Shown: positions 1 through 18,666, counted from the first letter of the stretch. The stretch is 64,000 nucleotides of DNA from Octopus vulgaris (GCA_951406725.2 OX597824.1:42160001-42224000); one strand, 5' to 3'. A program made the numbers and translations. The notes: generated by a model from the letters alone, not told the origin.

Positions 1-1057
1 GTACATGTGGTGTCTAAAAGACCAGAGCAAAAGTGTATATGTGTGTAGGGCTACCGTTGAGCAATGTTGATGATGCATCTGCATAAGTATATTAAAGCAT
101 GTGGAAGATTTTTAAGTGAGGAAGCTCATACATTCAAGGCTTCACTCTGCTCGCCACCTACGTTTATATAACAGAAACACCGCTGACTTTGGCCGACAGA
201 GCTTGGTAGTCTCGTCGAAAGCTTTTCTATCAGAATGCGTGGAGCTGGAACAAACACCGCAAAGCATCCCTCCAGACACCCTTGTTGTCCCGCTAATCCA
301 CTGCCCTGGATTGAAACTAAAGACACGACCACAATCTACACGTGTGAAACTTCTCGTAGTATACACGAGATAACTGAGGTGTATAAATATGGGTACGATA
401 ACAAAACACCAGCATCCATGATCTATCAACATACTCTGGATGAATATGACAGTTCATTATATAATACTGGATTAGAAATATGATCTACACCCTCACTGGA
501 GCCGACACTCTGACAAATTACAGATTCCGTGTACATACACGAGGCTAGATACAACATTTATTGGGAAAACGATTAGAACAATAATAATAATAATATCAAG
601 AATGATACATAATATTATAGAATATAATCTATAGCCTCAGTTGGGTGGTAATACAATTAATCGAGTGAAAGATAAGTTAATATTTCCACATTTAATGATT
701 AAACAGAATTATGCTAGATTGACTAACAGACAATAGTGACAACCGTTTATACACACACGCACAACATACTCCCACAAATACCATAAACTATCTACTGATG
801 ATACCATAAATTAAATTCAATTCAGGTAACAGACACACCTATAACAATCGTAACTTATCTACTGATTGTACTGCAATAAATAAAATACGGTTCAGTTGAC
901 TGAATAATATAAACGAAATAGAACTATAACAAGAGAAAAACAACCTATGCACACACACACACAAACACACACAAATACAATCATCACCATATAGACAAAT
1001 GACTACTTTTACGATATGCACCACAAATACACAAAAACAGATACACATTAAACATGC

Positions 1058-1136
<79 letters not shown>

Positions 1137-1301
1137 CTAGTTACATATATGCATTCAACAATTCATAGTTATAACAAAGAGTTAAGGAAACTCATTGGAA
1201 AGATAACATGTACATGTACATGACCTCGACAAATCAATTAAGAAGTGAGGTACAGCCAGTGCGGTTGTTATAATTTCCAAAATACAGCAATATAAACATG
1301 C

Positions 1302-1344
<43 letters not shown>

Positions 1345-1364
1345 CAGGAGCATACACACATATA

Positions 1365-1440
<76 letters not shown>

Positions 1441-1453
1441 GTCTGCCTGTCTG

Positions 1454-1576
<123 letters not shown>

Positions 1577-1634
1577 CATACAGAGAAGGAGAAAGAGAGA
1601 GAGAGAAAGAGAAAGAGAAAGACAGACAAACAGT

Positions 1635-1677
<43 letters not shown>

Positions 1678-2105
1678 TCAATCAAATAGCGTTAACTGTG
1701 AACAATACTAGGATTTACTTTTTCCTAATTGATTTGTTGTGTATATGTATGTGTGCATGTGTGTGTGTATATATATATGTATGTGTGCATGTGTGTGTGT
1801 ATATATATATGCATGTTTGTGTGTGTATACTTGTGTGTGCGCGTGCGCGCGCGTGTGTATGTGTATGTACCAGGCACACGTATCGCTTGATTTTTAACAT
1901 CTCTATTATGTGTTGCATACTATCGCTATCCGCGGTCAAGAACAGAAAAAGCACTCAATGAAAAATCCTCTGATGGAACAAAAACTTGTGCCAGCCTGAG
2001 TGGTAACGTTCTTAACACATGCTGCAAGAACGCCCATCTTTGCTACATCTGTGAAAAAGAGTATGGATCGGTTGGCAGTACTGAAAAACCACATCCATAC
2101 ATTTA

Positions 2106-2322
2106 CGAGGGAGCAGTGAAGAGCTCCTGGATTTGGGTAAAAGAAAATACAGGAGGATCAGTTAATTATGATTTTATTCACCATATTGCCCTCTCAGATT
2201 CACACACTTACTGCAGCCGTCCTTCAGTATTTCTAAGCCCTCTAAAAGAACTTGGAAGTTTGGGCCACCAACCAGGCCTTTTGTGACCCCTTTAAAACCA
2301 GGAAAATTTCAGCATCTCCTCG
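2106..2322. mobile_element. mariner-derived MITE (~217 bp)
   Basis: TA-flanked imperfect TIRs (TA|CGAGGGAGCAGTGAAGAGCTCCTGG ... CCAGGAAAATTTCAGCATCTCCTCG|TA). The minus strand encodes a mariner-like C-terminus GLEILKDGCSKCVNLRGQYGE*. Confidence 0.75.
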
Positions 2323-2486
2323 TATATAGATACATGTGTACATACCTACATACTTACATACATTTATTCATTCATACATACATATATACATACATACATA
2401 CATACATACATACATACATACATACATACATACATACATACATACATACATACATACATACATACATACATGCATACATACATACA

Positions 2487-3196
2487 GTCATGTTAAGGAA
2501 GTCTGAAGGATATCTCACTGGTTCACAAGGAAATAGAAATACCAAAATTAAACACGGTTTCTTTGTGGATGACTTAAAACTTTATGCAAAGACTAGGCAT
2601 GAGATGAAAAAGAGCCTTGACCTAGTTACAACATTCTCAAAGGATGCAGGGTTGGAGTTTGGTCAGCATAAATGTTGGTATATGGTTGTGAAAAAGGAGA
2701 AAGCTATAAACCAGACTAGTAACATCTCCCATAAGGATTTGACTATTTTCCCTGTATCTGACGAGGAATACTACAGGTATCTAGAAGTGGATAAAATATA
2801 TCTTACAATGGCACCTATAACAAAACACGTGTCACTAAAGAATATTAAGTCGAATAAAGAAAATTTGGACCTCAGAAGTCTCAGCATTCAATAAAACAGT
2901 GACCCACAATGTGTTTGCAGTGCCAGTACTCATACCGACATTTGGGCTGTTTCAATGAAGTCGCACGACTCTACCTCAACGTATCATCAGATGAAAGGAT
3001 AAGCCTATATGAGCTGAAGACTATGCATAGATATGTTAGTAGAAAGCTCCGTGATCATACATACATACATACATACATACAAACAAAAATACTTTCGTTG
3101 TTGATGTTGAAATTCCAATGAAGGTGCCTTGGAACTAGTTTAGAAATGGATTTTTTTCCTATTGGTAAGAAATCTTGAAATGAACTGAATAATGAC
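2487..3196 (+). mobile_element. R4/Dong-like non-LTR retrotransposon fragment (RT core, internally deleted, with probable 3' UTR) in (TACA)n
   Basis: ORF 2283..2894 contains HGFFVDDLKLYAK...FSKDAGLEFGQHKC...YRYLEV, homologous to the HLLYMDDLKLY...MKFGLEKC...YKYLG of the 26.6-27.4 kb element. It is frameshifted downstream and has (ACAT)n on both sides. Confidence 0.8.
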
Positions 3197-3299
3197 ATAC
3201 ATACATACATACATACATAAAGACATACATATACACAGACATATATGTGTGAACACATGCGTGTGTGTGAGCCTGTATGTATATACGTGTTTGTAGAAA

Positions 3300-3665
3300 G
3301 TACCCCCAACGGAAAACAATTCTACAACTTAAGAACTATGTAACGTCCTCGTTGAAGACATGGAAAATATGGGAGGCCAATTTGGGAAAGCGATGCTTGT
3401 CATCGCCACCAATGAAGGAAACAGGCAAAAGAAGGAGTGGGCGTCTTCGTTAATAACACTCGTTCTTCATTTTAAGCAATCTGCTCGGAAAAATCTCCGC
3501 AGATATTGCAGACGAAATATCTGCGGACGTGTATATATATCAAGAGCTGAACTCGTTAGTCACCGGCGGAGCCACAAATGTAATTATGAATTTTTCTGAA
3601 TACACAGTGTTCTTAACGGTCGGTGATGGACTTCGTCGGTCACGAGGTGACAGTCATCATCATCA
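3300..3665 (+). mobile_element. RTE-clade LINE 3' end (degenerate)
   Basis: Frameshifted translation VTSSLKTWKIWEAN/WESDACHRHQ*RKQAKEGV...NICGRVYISRAELVSHRRSH resembles the C-terminal C2H2-like finger of RTE ORFs; the element ends in a short (CAT)n tail. Confidence 0.7.
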
Positions 3666-4029
3666 GGCCCATATCATATATGTATATAGTGTAGTAGTTC
3701 TCTTTGCGGGGTGGTGGAAGTATTTATGGGTAATGGAGGTGTTTATAGGGCAGTGGTAGAGTTCATAGAGTTTTGCAAGTGTTTATGGGGTGGTGGTAGT
3801 TTTTATATCGTGATGGTAGTGTTGTTCATTAGCAACTCATGATAGCATTTTTTTGGAGGCGGTGGTGTTTAAGAGGCCAGGCTGCTCCTCTTCAGAGCAT
3901 GGTGGTTGTACTTGGGTTTCAGTGCTACTGTTGTTGTTGTTGGTGGTGGTGGTGGTGGAATGTTCCAGATTGAGACATTCTAAGTCAAGTGTCTTAAAAA
4001 AAGGATTAATTTTATAATCCGTTTATTAT

Positions 4030-4935
4030 TTCATTAAAAACTTTATTATCATTATTGTTATAATCCTCCTCCCTCTCCTCCCACTCATCGTAATAACCCT
4101 CTTCTTCCTCATCATCATCATCAACGTTATTCTCATTATCATCTTCATCGTCATCTTCGTTGTCGCCATCATTGTCGTCGTCAACCGTCATCATCATTAT
4201 AATCATCCTACTCGTACTACTCTCTTTTCTTCTTTTACCTCATCCTCCCCTCCTTTCTTCTTCTTCTTCTTCTTCTTCTGCCTCCTCCTCTTCCTGTACC
4301 ATCATCAGTTATATCATTCTCATCCATCACCACCAGCATCACCACCACCACTACTACCACTGCCACCACTCTCCACCCGAGTATCAATCTCTATCACCGT
4401 CACTCACCACCATCAATGCCACCGCCATCATACTTGCCACCAACGATACCATCATAACCAGCACATGCCACAGTCTCCACTACCATCCACCACAACCATC
4501 GTCACCAACACTACCACCGTTACCACCACCACCGCTATCACAACCACCACCATCACCACCACCACCACTACCATGACCACCGCCACCGTCACCACCAGCA
4601 TGCCCTCCACAACAACCGTCGCCACCAAAACTACCACCAGCACTAACACCACTACCACCACCACCACCACCACCACCATCGTTATCATCATTACCACTAC
4701 AACAGTAACAAATACCACCATTATAATCTCAACCTTTACAATCCCACCACCACCAACAACAACAACGCCACAACAATAAAAACGGTAAAAACAAAATCAC
4801 CCCCAGCATTCCCACAATCTGCAAGACCAAGATCACCATTACATCCGCAATCTCTACGCAGCCACCACCGCATTAGCAACCACTACCACACTCACTATTT
4901 CCACAACCATCACAACCATAACCACCACCATTATC
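4030..4935. repeat. degenerate (CAC/CAT/TCT)n trinucleotide low-complexity tract
   Basis: Seen directly; it produces the poly-T, poly-H and poly-P ORFs in the track. Confidence 0.9.
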
Positions 4936-5253
4936 ATCCTACAGTCTTTCAAGAATCGATAAAATAAACAATAGTGAAACACTACATTGGATTTTATCGA
5001 ACGTTTATCGTAAGGGCTAGTTTTTTCTTTACTGGCCAATGTGTTCTTTTACGATACTGTTGTTATTGCTATTATTGCTGTCGCTGTTCATTTCACATCA
5101 CTTCTGATAGAGCAGCTCTATAATCAAATGCTTTCCTGCCATGAGTGTCCTGTATTTTTAGACGCATACGTGATTACATTATTTTAAGACGGCATAGTGT
5201 GGTTAATGGGAGATTTGGTTGCTATCTCTAACACGTCAGGCGAACACATAGAA

Positions 5254-5410
5254 CAGTCAATGGGCAACTTGCGGCCCGTGAGAGTTTCTGAGCGGCACAC
5301 CTAGCGGAAAATTACTTTTACTTCTTTTAGTAACGCGGCTCACCGGATGATAGCGATCCATGTCTCATGCGATTCCGTTTCTCATAAAAAATTTACCCAT
5401 TATGACACAG
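5254..5410. mobile_element. hAT-like MITE (degenerate)
   Basis: Starts CAGTCAATGGGCAACTTGCGGCCCG and ends AAATTTACCCATTATGAC, resembling Charlie/hAT-type TIRs. Confidence 0.45.
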
Positions 5411-5833
5411 AAACTCCTGGAAACCATTTACATTGTTGCTGTTGTTTCTGCTGCTGCTGTTATTAATTAAACCACTCCAACTCTAACCATTACAGCCATG
5501 ACCATCGCGTCTTATTTTTCCAGGCATCTTGAAGTTTATTATCCTATTCTTTATTTTGCTTTATGAATATACTAGATGATTATGAGGAAAACTTAGTGGC
5601 TATTTGTAGCAGGCTGGGTGTTTAGAGATTTTTTATCCTAGGCTCCGAAAAGACAGTGAAAGCAGGTGAGGTAGAAGTCGACCGGTACACTATAAATAGC
5701 TGTTCCTCTGCTCGTTACTCTAGCGGCAATTCTCATACCAGTGTTTCGGGTAAATGATATTGATGCAATATAAACACATCTTGTTTTCTATGCTTTGTTT
5801 GGAAAGATTAACGTGGCCGGTACCGCTAAAGAA

Positions 5834-6066
5834 GGCGGCGAGCTGGCAGAAACGTTAGCACACTAGGCGAAATGCTTTGTGGTATTTCGTCTGCCGCTAC
5901 GTTCTGAGTTCAAATTCCGCCGAGATCGACTTTGGCTTTCATCCTTTCGGGGGTCGATTAAATAAGTACCAGTTACGCACTGGGGTCGATATAATCGACT
6001 TAATCCGTTTGTCTGTCCTTGTTTGTTCTCTTTGTGTTTAGCCCCTTGTGGGTTTAAAGAAATAGG
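5834..6066 (+). mobile_element. tRNA-derived SINE, family A (Meta-like central domain)
   Basis: Head GGCGGCGAGCTGGCAGAAACGTTAG, B-box-like GAGTTCAAATTCC, core CTTTCATCCTTTCGGGGTCGATTAAATAAGTACCAG; many copies elsewhere in the window. Confidence 0.9.
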
Positions 6067-7379
6067 TATCATTAAACTGCTACTCTATTAATGTTCAGTC
6101 TTTGTATAATGGCGAAGATTATGATTGTTAGAACTTGTTTCAGCAACAAAAAAGTAGTTTATACATTGAGTATTCTGGTTTCATTGTGTGCAGGTTGTCT
6201 TTTTACCTAAGTTGAAAGGCATTAAGTAGGATTGTGGGTAGATGTTACAGGCTTATGCTAAAAATATTAAACAAGAGGATATACTCTTGCTTTACTTCTA
6301 CCCGGAAAGTTAGAGATTTTAGCTGTTATTATTACACTTTGTTAGCAACCTCATACACTGTGGGATAACTCATACAATATGTTGTATTTAGTGTGTTCGT
6401 AAAAAGGTAATAGAAATGAATTTAAAATAAGTTATAGCTGCATAAGGGTTAAATATATAGTCTTACATTCTGAGTTGAAATCACGTCGATGTCCAATTTT
6501 CGTCCAACACCGGTGTTGTGTAAATTTATTATTTTCTACTTGAAACAATTTCCCGCATAGCATGCAAAGCAAATTGGCAGAGTCATTACAGGGTCAGAGG
6601 GGATCTGTTGCGGTTCTCTACGCTTTAAGTTCAAATTCTACCTAGAATAATTTTGTTTCCTTTTTATTCCTTCGGGGAAGATAAAAGAACATTGCTATTA
6701 TATTCTTTCCACTAAAGGCTCAAGGCCTGAAGTTTTGTGGCGAGGGGTATGGTCGATTACATTGACCCCAGTGCTCAGCAGTTATTCATTTTATCGACCC
6801 CGAAAGGATGAAACCGAAAGTTGACCTCGACGGAATTTGAACTCAAAATGCTGCTAAACATTCTGTCCGCTGTGCTAACGATTCTGCCAGCTTAACACCT
6901 TAAGCATTGCTATAATATCATAAAGAAAAATTAAATGGGGAGACATTGGGTAAAGTAGCACTAATGGTCCCTGAATTAAAAAAACCATAGTCGTGGCTGT
7001 GTGGTAAGAAGCTTGCTTCTCAACCATATGGTTCCAGGTTCAGTCCCACTTAGTGTGTGTGTGTGTGTTTGTATATATGCATGTGTTTATTTTCATGCTT
7101 ATGTGTGTATGCGTGCCTGTATGTTTGTGTTAGATATTGTATCTGTGTATGTGTGTTGATTGATGTTCTCTGTGTGTATTATACATTCTCTCGTCTCCAC
7201 ACCCCAAAATAAATAAAGGAATAGGCGCAGGCATGGTTGTGTGGCAAGAAGCTTGCTCCCCTGCGCATGCGTGTTGTAAGTGTTGTTTGTGCGTACCAGT
7301 GACTAAAGTCGTCATGCTGGCTTGCAGCAGACGAGAATTGATTGTAAAAGAAGCTCTACTGTAAGGTAAGACTATTGTT

Positions 7380-9215
7380 TTTTGGGTCTAGTGGGGGTTT
7401 GTTGTTTGCGGTAATTATTTTTGTACCATCAAGAAGTCCACACTGGATTCAAAACTCTAGTCTGCCTGCAGTTGAGTGAATATTTGTTCTCACTTAATTG
7501 TGAGAATTATTGTTTGGGGGCGTATCCTGCTTCCAAAATTTGTTCACTTTTAGTGAATAGTGTTTTTCTCACTTAATTTTGAGAATTGTTGGGGCGTATT
7601 TCGCTTCCAAAATTTGTTCATTTTTAGTGAATAGTGTTTTTTAGAATTCAACGAAGATACAACTTTTACCAATTTTTGTGAAAAGCTGTGTTCCAAGTTG
7701 TGGTGTTCCAGGTCCAAATTGAAGTACCAAATAAGGCCTGGAGTGGCCAGAAGAATTTTTGCTGTGTTTTTTTTTAACTGTTGTTCTCTTTTCTTCTATC
7801 TTTTGTTTGTGACTTTCTCTATTGAACTGTTTATTTATTTCTTCCCGCCTTTTTGTTGAGACTCTCTATTTGATTTCTCTCTTTTTCTTCCTTCATTATT
7901 TGAATTTTATTGTGAGCTGTTTTTGGACTTTTAATTTAAAAAGAAAACAGCATGGCAAAGAACATGGACAATATTGTGGAGTGGGAATTTGTGCCCCTCA
8001 AACAGTGGTTGAAAGACTTCGAAGAGAGGACGATGGTGTTGAGGACTTACTCCAAGTCGCTCGACACCATCGCCATATTTGAAAAGACTATGATTTAAAA
8101 AGAGTTGGTGGACTATCTGCCAAATATTAAATTCATTTCCAGGGGGCAGGGTCAAATACGCAACGGTGTGGTTGCTATTTGACATCCCTGAAGAGGCTCA
8201 TAAATTTGCGAGCCAGCTCTTAGAAGGCAAAGAAAATTTGTTTCTTCCCACGTATTGTGGAAAGAGGTTGACAAGAGCTTGGGTCTGCGGGTTGCCACCC
8301 GAGATAAAACTCGAGTGGATAGAGGAGACTATCCGCTGGGGTCTGGATAGCAGCGGAGCCAAGTTCCTTAACGTGAAGGTTTTTCCTGCGGCTGATTGGG
8401 TTGGGGCAAAAGCTGTTTTGACCCTGTGGACCCAATCAGTCAATTTGGTTTTTCCAGATTTTTTGAAAATGGCCGGGTGCAGGTACCGATAGTTTCTTGA
8501 GGGTACCCCCCATCCAGGTGTCATCAGTGCCTAGACCCTGGCCATGTAAAGAAAAACTTCCCCAGGAACAAAGTAAGGTCCTGGAGCAGTTGGTTGAGAC
8601 CTCTGTAGAAGAGGGAATGAAGGCGGCCGAGGAGGCGGATGACTCCTCAAAGAAAGGCCACAAGAAGAAGAAGATGAGTAACAATGGGTACTCATCGAAG
8701 GATCCTAGGGATGAGGGAGGGGAGGTGAATATCCGAGTCACGGAGGAGACGCACCCTCCCTCAGGTGAGAAGAAAAACAGAGGAAGAGAAACGGGACATT
8801 TCCGGCAGTCGGTAACATAGTACCGGAATGTCCCGGAACCTCATCAATGGGAGTTGTGCCACTGGCAGGGTAAGAGATGCTGTCGGTGGGAATTGTACCG
8901 CCGACAGTAGAGGTGACTACCTCGTCCCCGGAAGAAGACGGATTATTGGTCTTCTTCTACAGAGGCAGAGAAATGGAGAAGGTGTTGGAAAAGCACGATA
9001 AGGCCTTTAGCCTGCACACGGGATCCTGAATTGCCTCCGCTGGTATCTGTGTGGGTCATAACGTTGCCTGCGTTGCGTACGCTGCAGGTACTCAACGAAG
9101 AATATCGCTTATGGTCGGACGACGCCAACACGGCACCCGCCTTGTGCTTGAATGAGGCGTGGATGATGGCGGAGGATGGGGTCACAAGCAATATTGGGGA
9201 GGAATATGGATAAAA
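7380..9215 (+). mobile_element. L1/Tx1-like LINE 5' part: 5' UTR plus disrupted ORF1 (gag-like, zinc knuckle)
   Basis: ATG at 7952 (MAKNMDNIVEWEFVPLKQWLKDFEERT...), continuing with frameshifts into 8166..8492 (EEAHKFASQLL...LPTYCGKRLTRAWVCGLPPEI). A knuckle SRCHQCLDPGHVKKNFP near 8512-8562 is CX2CX4HX4C with the last C mutated, followed by a K/E-rich tail. Confidence 0.7.
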
Positions 9216-9252
9216 GGTTAAAAAGCCTCAGTGTTATTGAAAGTTCCTAGTT

Positions 9253-9358
9253 TGGTCGGCCCGAGGCTATAGTATAAGACACTTGTCCAAGGTGTCACGC
9301 AGTGGGACAGAAACCGAAACCATGTGGTTGATAAGCAAGCTTCTTACTACACATCCAC
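9253..9358 (-). mobile_element. tRNA-derived SINE, family B (partial)
   Basis: Reverse complement of the GTGGCTGTGTGGTAAG...CAGTCCCACTGCGTGGCACCTTGGGCAAGTG type head also seen at 40306 and 6990. Confidence 0.8.
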
Positions 9359-9390
9359 TCTGTATATAATATATATATATATATATATAT

Positions 9391-9710
9391 AAAAGGAAAT
9401 GAAGAAAATGCTGACAAAATAATTTAAGTAATTTAAGTAATTTAATTAGGTGAAAGTTATTTTTACCGGTTGCGCATTTGTTATGCTTATCAAAAGATAA
9501 TTTTTTAAAGAGAGATAGAGTTCTTTTCTGATAGATTTTTCCTCTTATCAGATAAGAGGAAAAAATCTATCAGAAAAGAACTCTATCTCTCTTTAAAAAA
9601 TTATCTTTTGATAAGCATAACAAATGCGCAACCGGTAAAAAGAACTTTCACCTAATTAAATTACTTAAATTACTTAAATTATTTTGTCAGCATTTTCTTC
9701 ATTTCCTTTT
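9391..9710. repeat. ~320 bp near-perfect palindrome (two ~160 bp arms, 1-nt centre at 9550)
   Basis: AAAAGGAAATGAAGAAAATGCTGACAAAAT...CCTCTTATC-A-GATAAGAGG...ATTTTGTCAGCATTTTCTTCATTTCCTTTT. I see only one substitution and one homopolymer indel between the arms. Confidence 0.97.
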
Positions 9711-9803
9711 TTATATATCACAACTCGTGTTCCACATCCCCTTTATATATATATATATATATATATATATGAACATACATAATACATGCATACATACATA
9801 GAA

Positions 9804-9842
<39 letters not shown>

Positions 9843-9999
9843 GGAGTAAACACATAAATGTGAAACAAGGTGGAAAAAAGAGTACTCAAATACCAGTGGT
9901 AGAGTAATATGCTTTATTTAAAGCAGCAGAAAATTCAACAAAACCTGTTACTTTGAATTTCCCGTTGCCGTTCATGTATGTATATGTGTATATGTGTGT

Positions 10000-10055
<56 letters not shown>

Positions 10056-10066
10056 ATTGATAGATT

Positions 10067-10163
<97 letters not shown>

Positions 10164-10164
10164 C

Positions 10165-10455
10165 TGGCACTCAGTCGGTTCCAGTTGATCCGATCAACGG
10201 AACAACCATCTCGTGAAATTAACGTCCATGTGGATGACTATTCCACAGACACCTGTACCCTTAACGTAGTTCTCGGGGACATTCAGCGTGACATAGAGTG
10301 TGACAAAGCTGGCCCTTTGAAATACAGGTTCACCTCATTTTTGCCAGCTGAGTGGAATAATGTGTCTTGCTCAAGGAGACAATGCGTCGCCGGGAATTGA
10401 GCTCATGACCTTACAATCGTTAACAGAATACCCGAATCAGTAAGCCACGCGCCTT
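10165..10455 (-). mobile_element. tRNA-derived SINE, family C
   Basis: The minus strand starts AAGGCGCGTGGCTTAC...; its tail TTCCGTTGATCGGATCAACTGGAACC is shared with the inverted copy at 10485-10618. Confidence 0.75.
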
Positions 10456-10484
10456 AACCCACACACACGCACACACACACACAT

Positions 10485-10618
10485 TGTGTCCTTGGGCAAG
10501 ACATTTTATTTCACGCTGCTCCTGTCCACTCAACTAGCAAAAATGAGTACGTGGCAAAATTGTGTTCCGTTGATCGGATCAACTGGAACCCTCGTCATCG
10601 TAACCGATGGAGTGCCAC
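10485..10618 (+). mobile_element. SINE family C, internally deleted copy in opposite orientation
   Basis: GTGTCCTTGGGCAAGACA...GCAAAAATGAG...GTTCCGTTGATCGGATCAACTGGAACC is the reverse complement of segments in 10165-10380. Confidence 0.75.
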
Positions 10619-10623
10619 TACAG

Positions 10624-10674
<51 letters not shown>

Positions 10675-11759
10675 TGCGTTTGTTCCCCAGCACCACTTGA
10701 CAACCAGTGTCGGTTTGTTTACGACCCCGCAACATATCTATTCGCAAAAGACATCGATAAGATAAACACAAGGGTTAGAAAGAATAATAGCTACTGGGGA
10801 TCGATTCGTTGCACTATAACTCTTCATGGTTGTGCCTCGGCATCGACGCAACTCAGAAACTGAAACAAGCCAAAAGAGATAAAATAAAATAAAATGCGAT
10901 ATTCTTATTTTTACCGTTACTGATCGTAGATCTCATGATTAGTCAGAGGCCACCTGGGGTTAAACAACAACAACTATAACTACAGCTTTGTGAACGAACA
11001 ATTGTTTCACCCATTTAGCCATCAAAAAACAAAATTGATGCCACCGAAGCCTAATCGATGACTGATTTATTATTATTTTTTCATGTGTGGGCTTTTCTTC
11101 CTTATTTTATTTCATATTTGTTTTTTTCTTTTTCTTTCCTTCTTTGTTTTCGAGTTGTTGTTTTTTTTTTGCTTGACAACGTCGGGCGGTCGGACGGTCG
11201 GGCGGGCAGGCGAGCAGGCGGGCGGATGGGTAAACGGACGGGCGGAAAGATAAGTAGAAATCTGTCCTGGAGCTATTACAATTCATAGACACGCCATGAT
11301 GCCAGAAAATAGCGCATAAAACATAACGAGCACGGAAAAAGATATACGGACAAACGAAAGACGTGCTTGAAAATAAACACCTGAGCATGTAAATGATAAA
11401 ACAACAAAACTAACAATAACAACAACCGCAACAACAAACATTACAAACATTACAAACAAAATACAAAAAAAAAAATCAAATAAGGAACTACGACGCCATA
11501 TTTAATCCCATTGCCTCACTCATTCAATCTGTAATTGACTGTGTTTCTCAGTAGCCCCAAGACCACCTCTCTCTATCTCATTTGGTCTATCTGTTTGTCC
11601 CTTGCTCTAATTGTCTCTTTCTCTCACTCTCTGCATATCTTACACACATATGTAAACTCTTGGGGTGATTACTGCCAAGGACACGGACAAAAACCCTGTG
11701 GTATGCTAATGAATCCATGCTATTACTGCTTCAGCGTCTCGCCATCGTCTGCCAACTAA

Positions 11760-18085
<6,326 letters not shown>

Positions 18086-18514
18086 TATACATACATGCAT
18101 TATTAGATTGAATCCCCCGCCCTGCTAAGAGGGCGGCAATCTCTGGAATAATAAATAAAACGTTGACCATCGATTACAATCACCAAGAATTGTACTCTAA
18201 AACAATGAAGTACTGAAAATAATGTCATTTTAGCTTTAGGACAGCTCTACTGGAACGAACGGACCTGTAATCAAAAGTGCTTAGTTCATGATTATTTCGT
18301 CTTTTCTTCGAGACATTCTCTCTGAACCCACATTACCTTGTATGCTGTTGCTGCCTTTAAGGCAGGAGGCTGCAACTTAAAGGATATTTAGCTATTATTT
18401 TTAGTTGAGGTCTCTTTCTCGACGGCCCTCATCGAAATTAGCTTTAGTGTTTACGCCCAGAAAAGTAATTTCAACGGTGACTATCCGTATCTCTTATATA
18501 TATAGGACTTTTAA

Positions 18515-18666
18515 GGCGGCGAGCTGGCAGAAACGTTAGCACGCCGGGCGAAATGCGTAGCCGTATTTCGTCTGCCGTTAAGTGTTCTGGGTTCAAATTC
18601 CGCTGAGGTCGACTTTGCCTTTCATCCTTTCGGGGTCGATAAATTAAGTACTAGTTACGCACTGGG
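18515..18666 (+). mobile_element. SINE family A (3'-truncated)
   Basis: Close match to the 5834 copy: GGCGGCGAGCTGGCAGAAACGTTAGCACGCCGGGCGAAATG...GGGGTCGATAAATTAAGTAC. Confidence 0.9.

Noticed and set aside
116-483. Overlapping short ORFs at the window start
   Set aside because: No recognisable domain; the minus strand of ~230-310 resembles a decayed SINE head.
2030-2100. C2H2-like remnant CYICEKEY...LKNHIH
   Set aside because: Single frameshifted finger, more likely an RTE C-terminal remnant than a host zinc-finger gene.
5640-5830. TATAAATA plus a downstream AATATAAA, suggesting a solo LTR or promoter
   Set aside because: No TG..CA ends, TSD or second copy visible.
5834-5925. tRNA-like A/B boxes in SINE heads
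   Set aside because: These are SINE heads without a complete cloverleaf, not tRNA genes.
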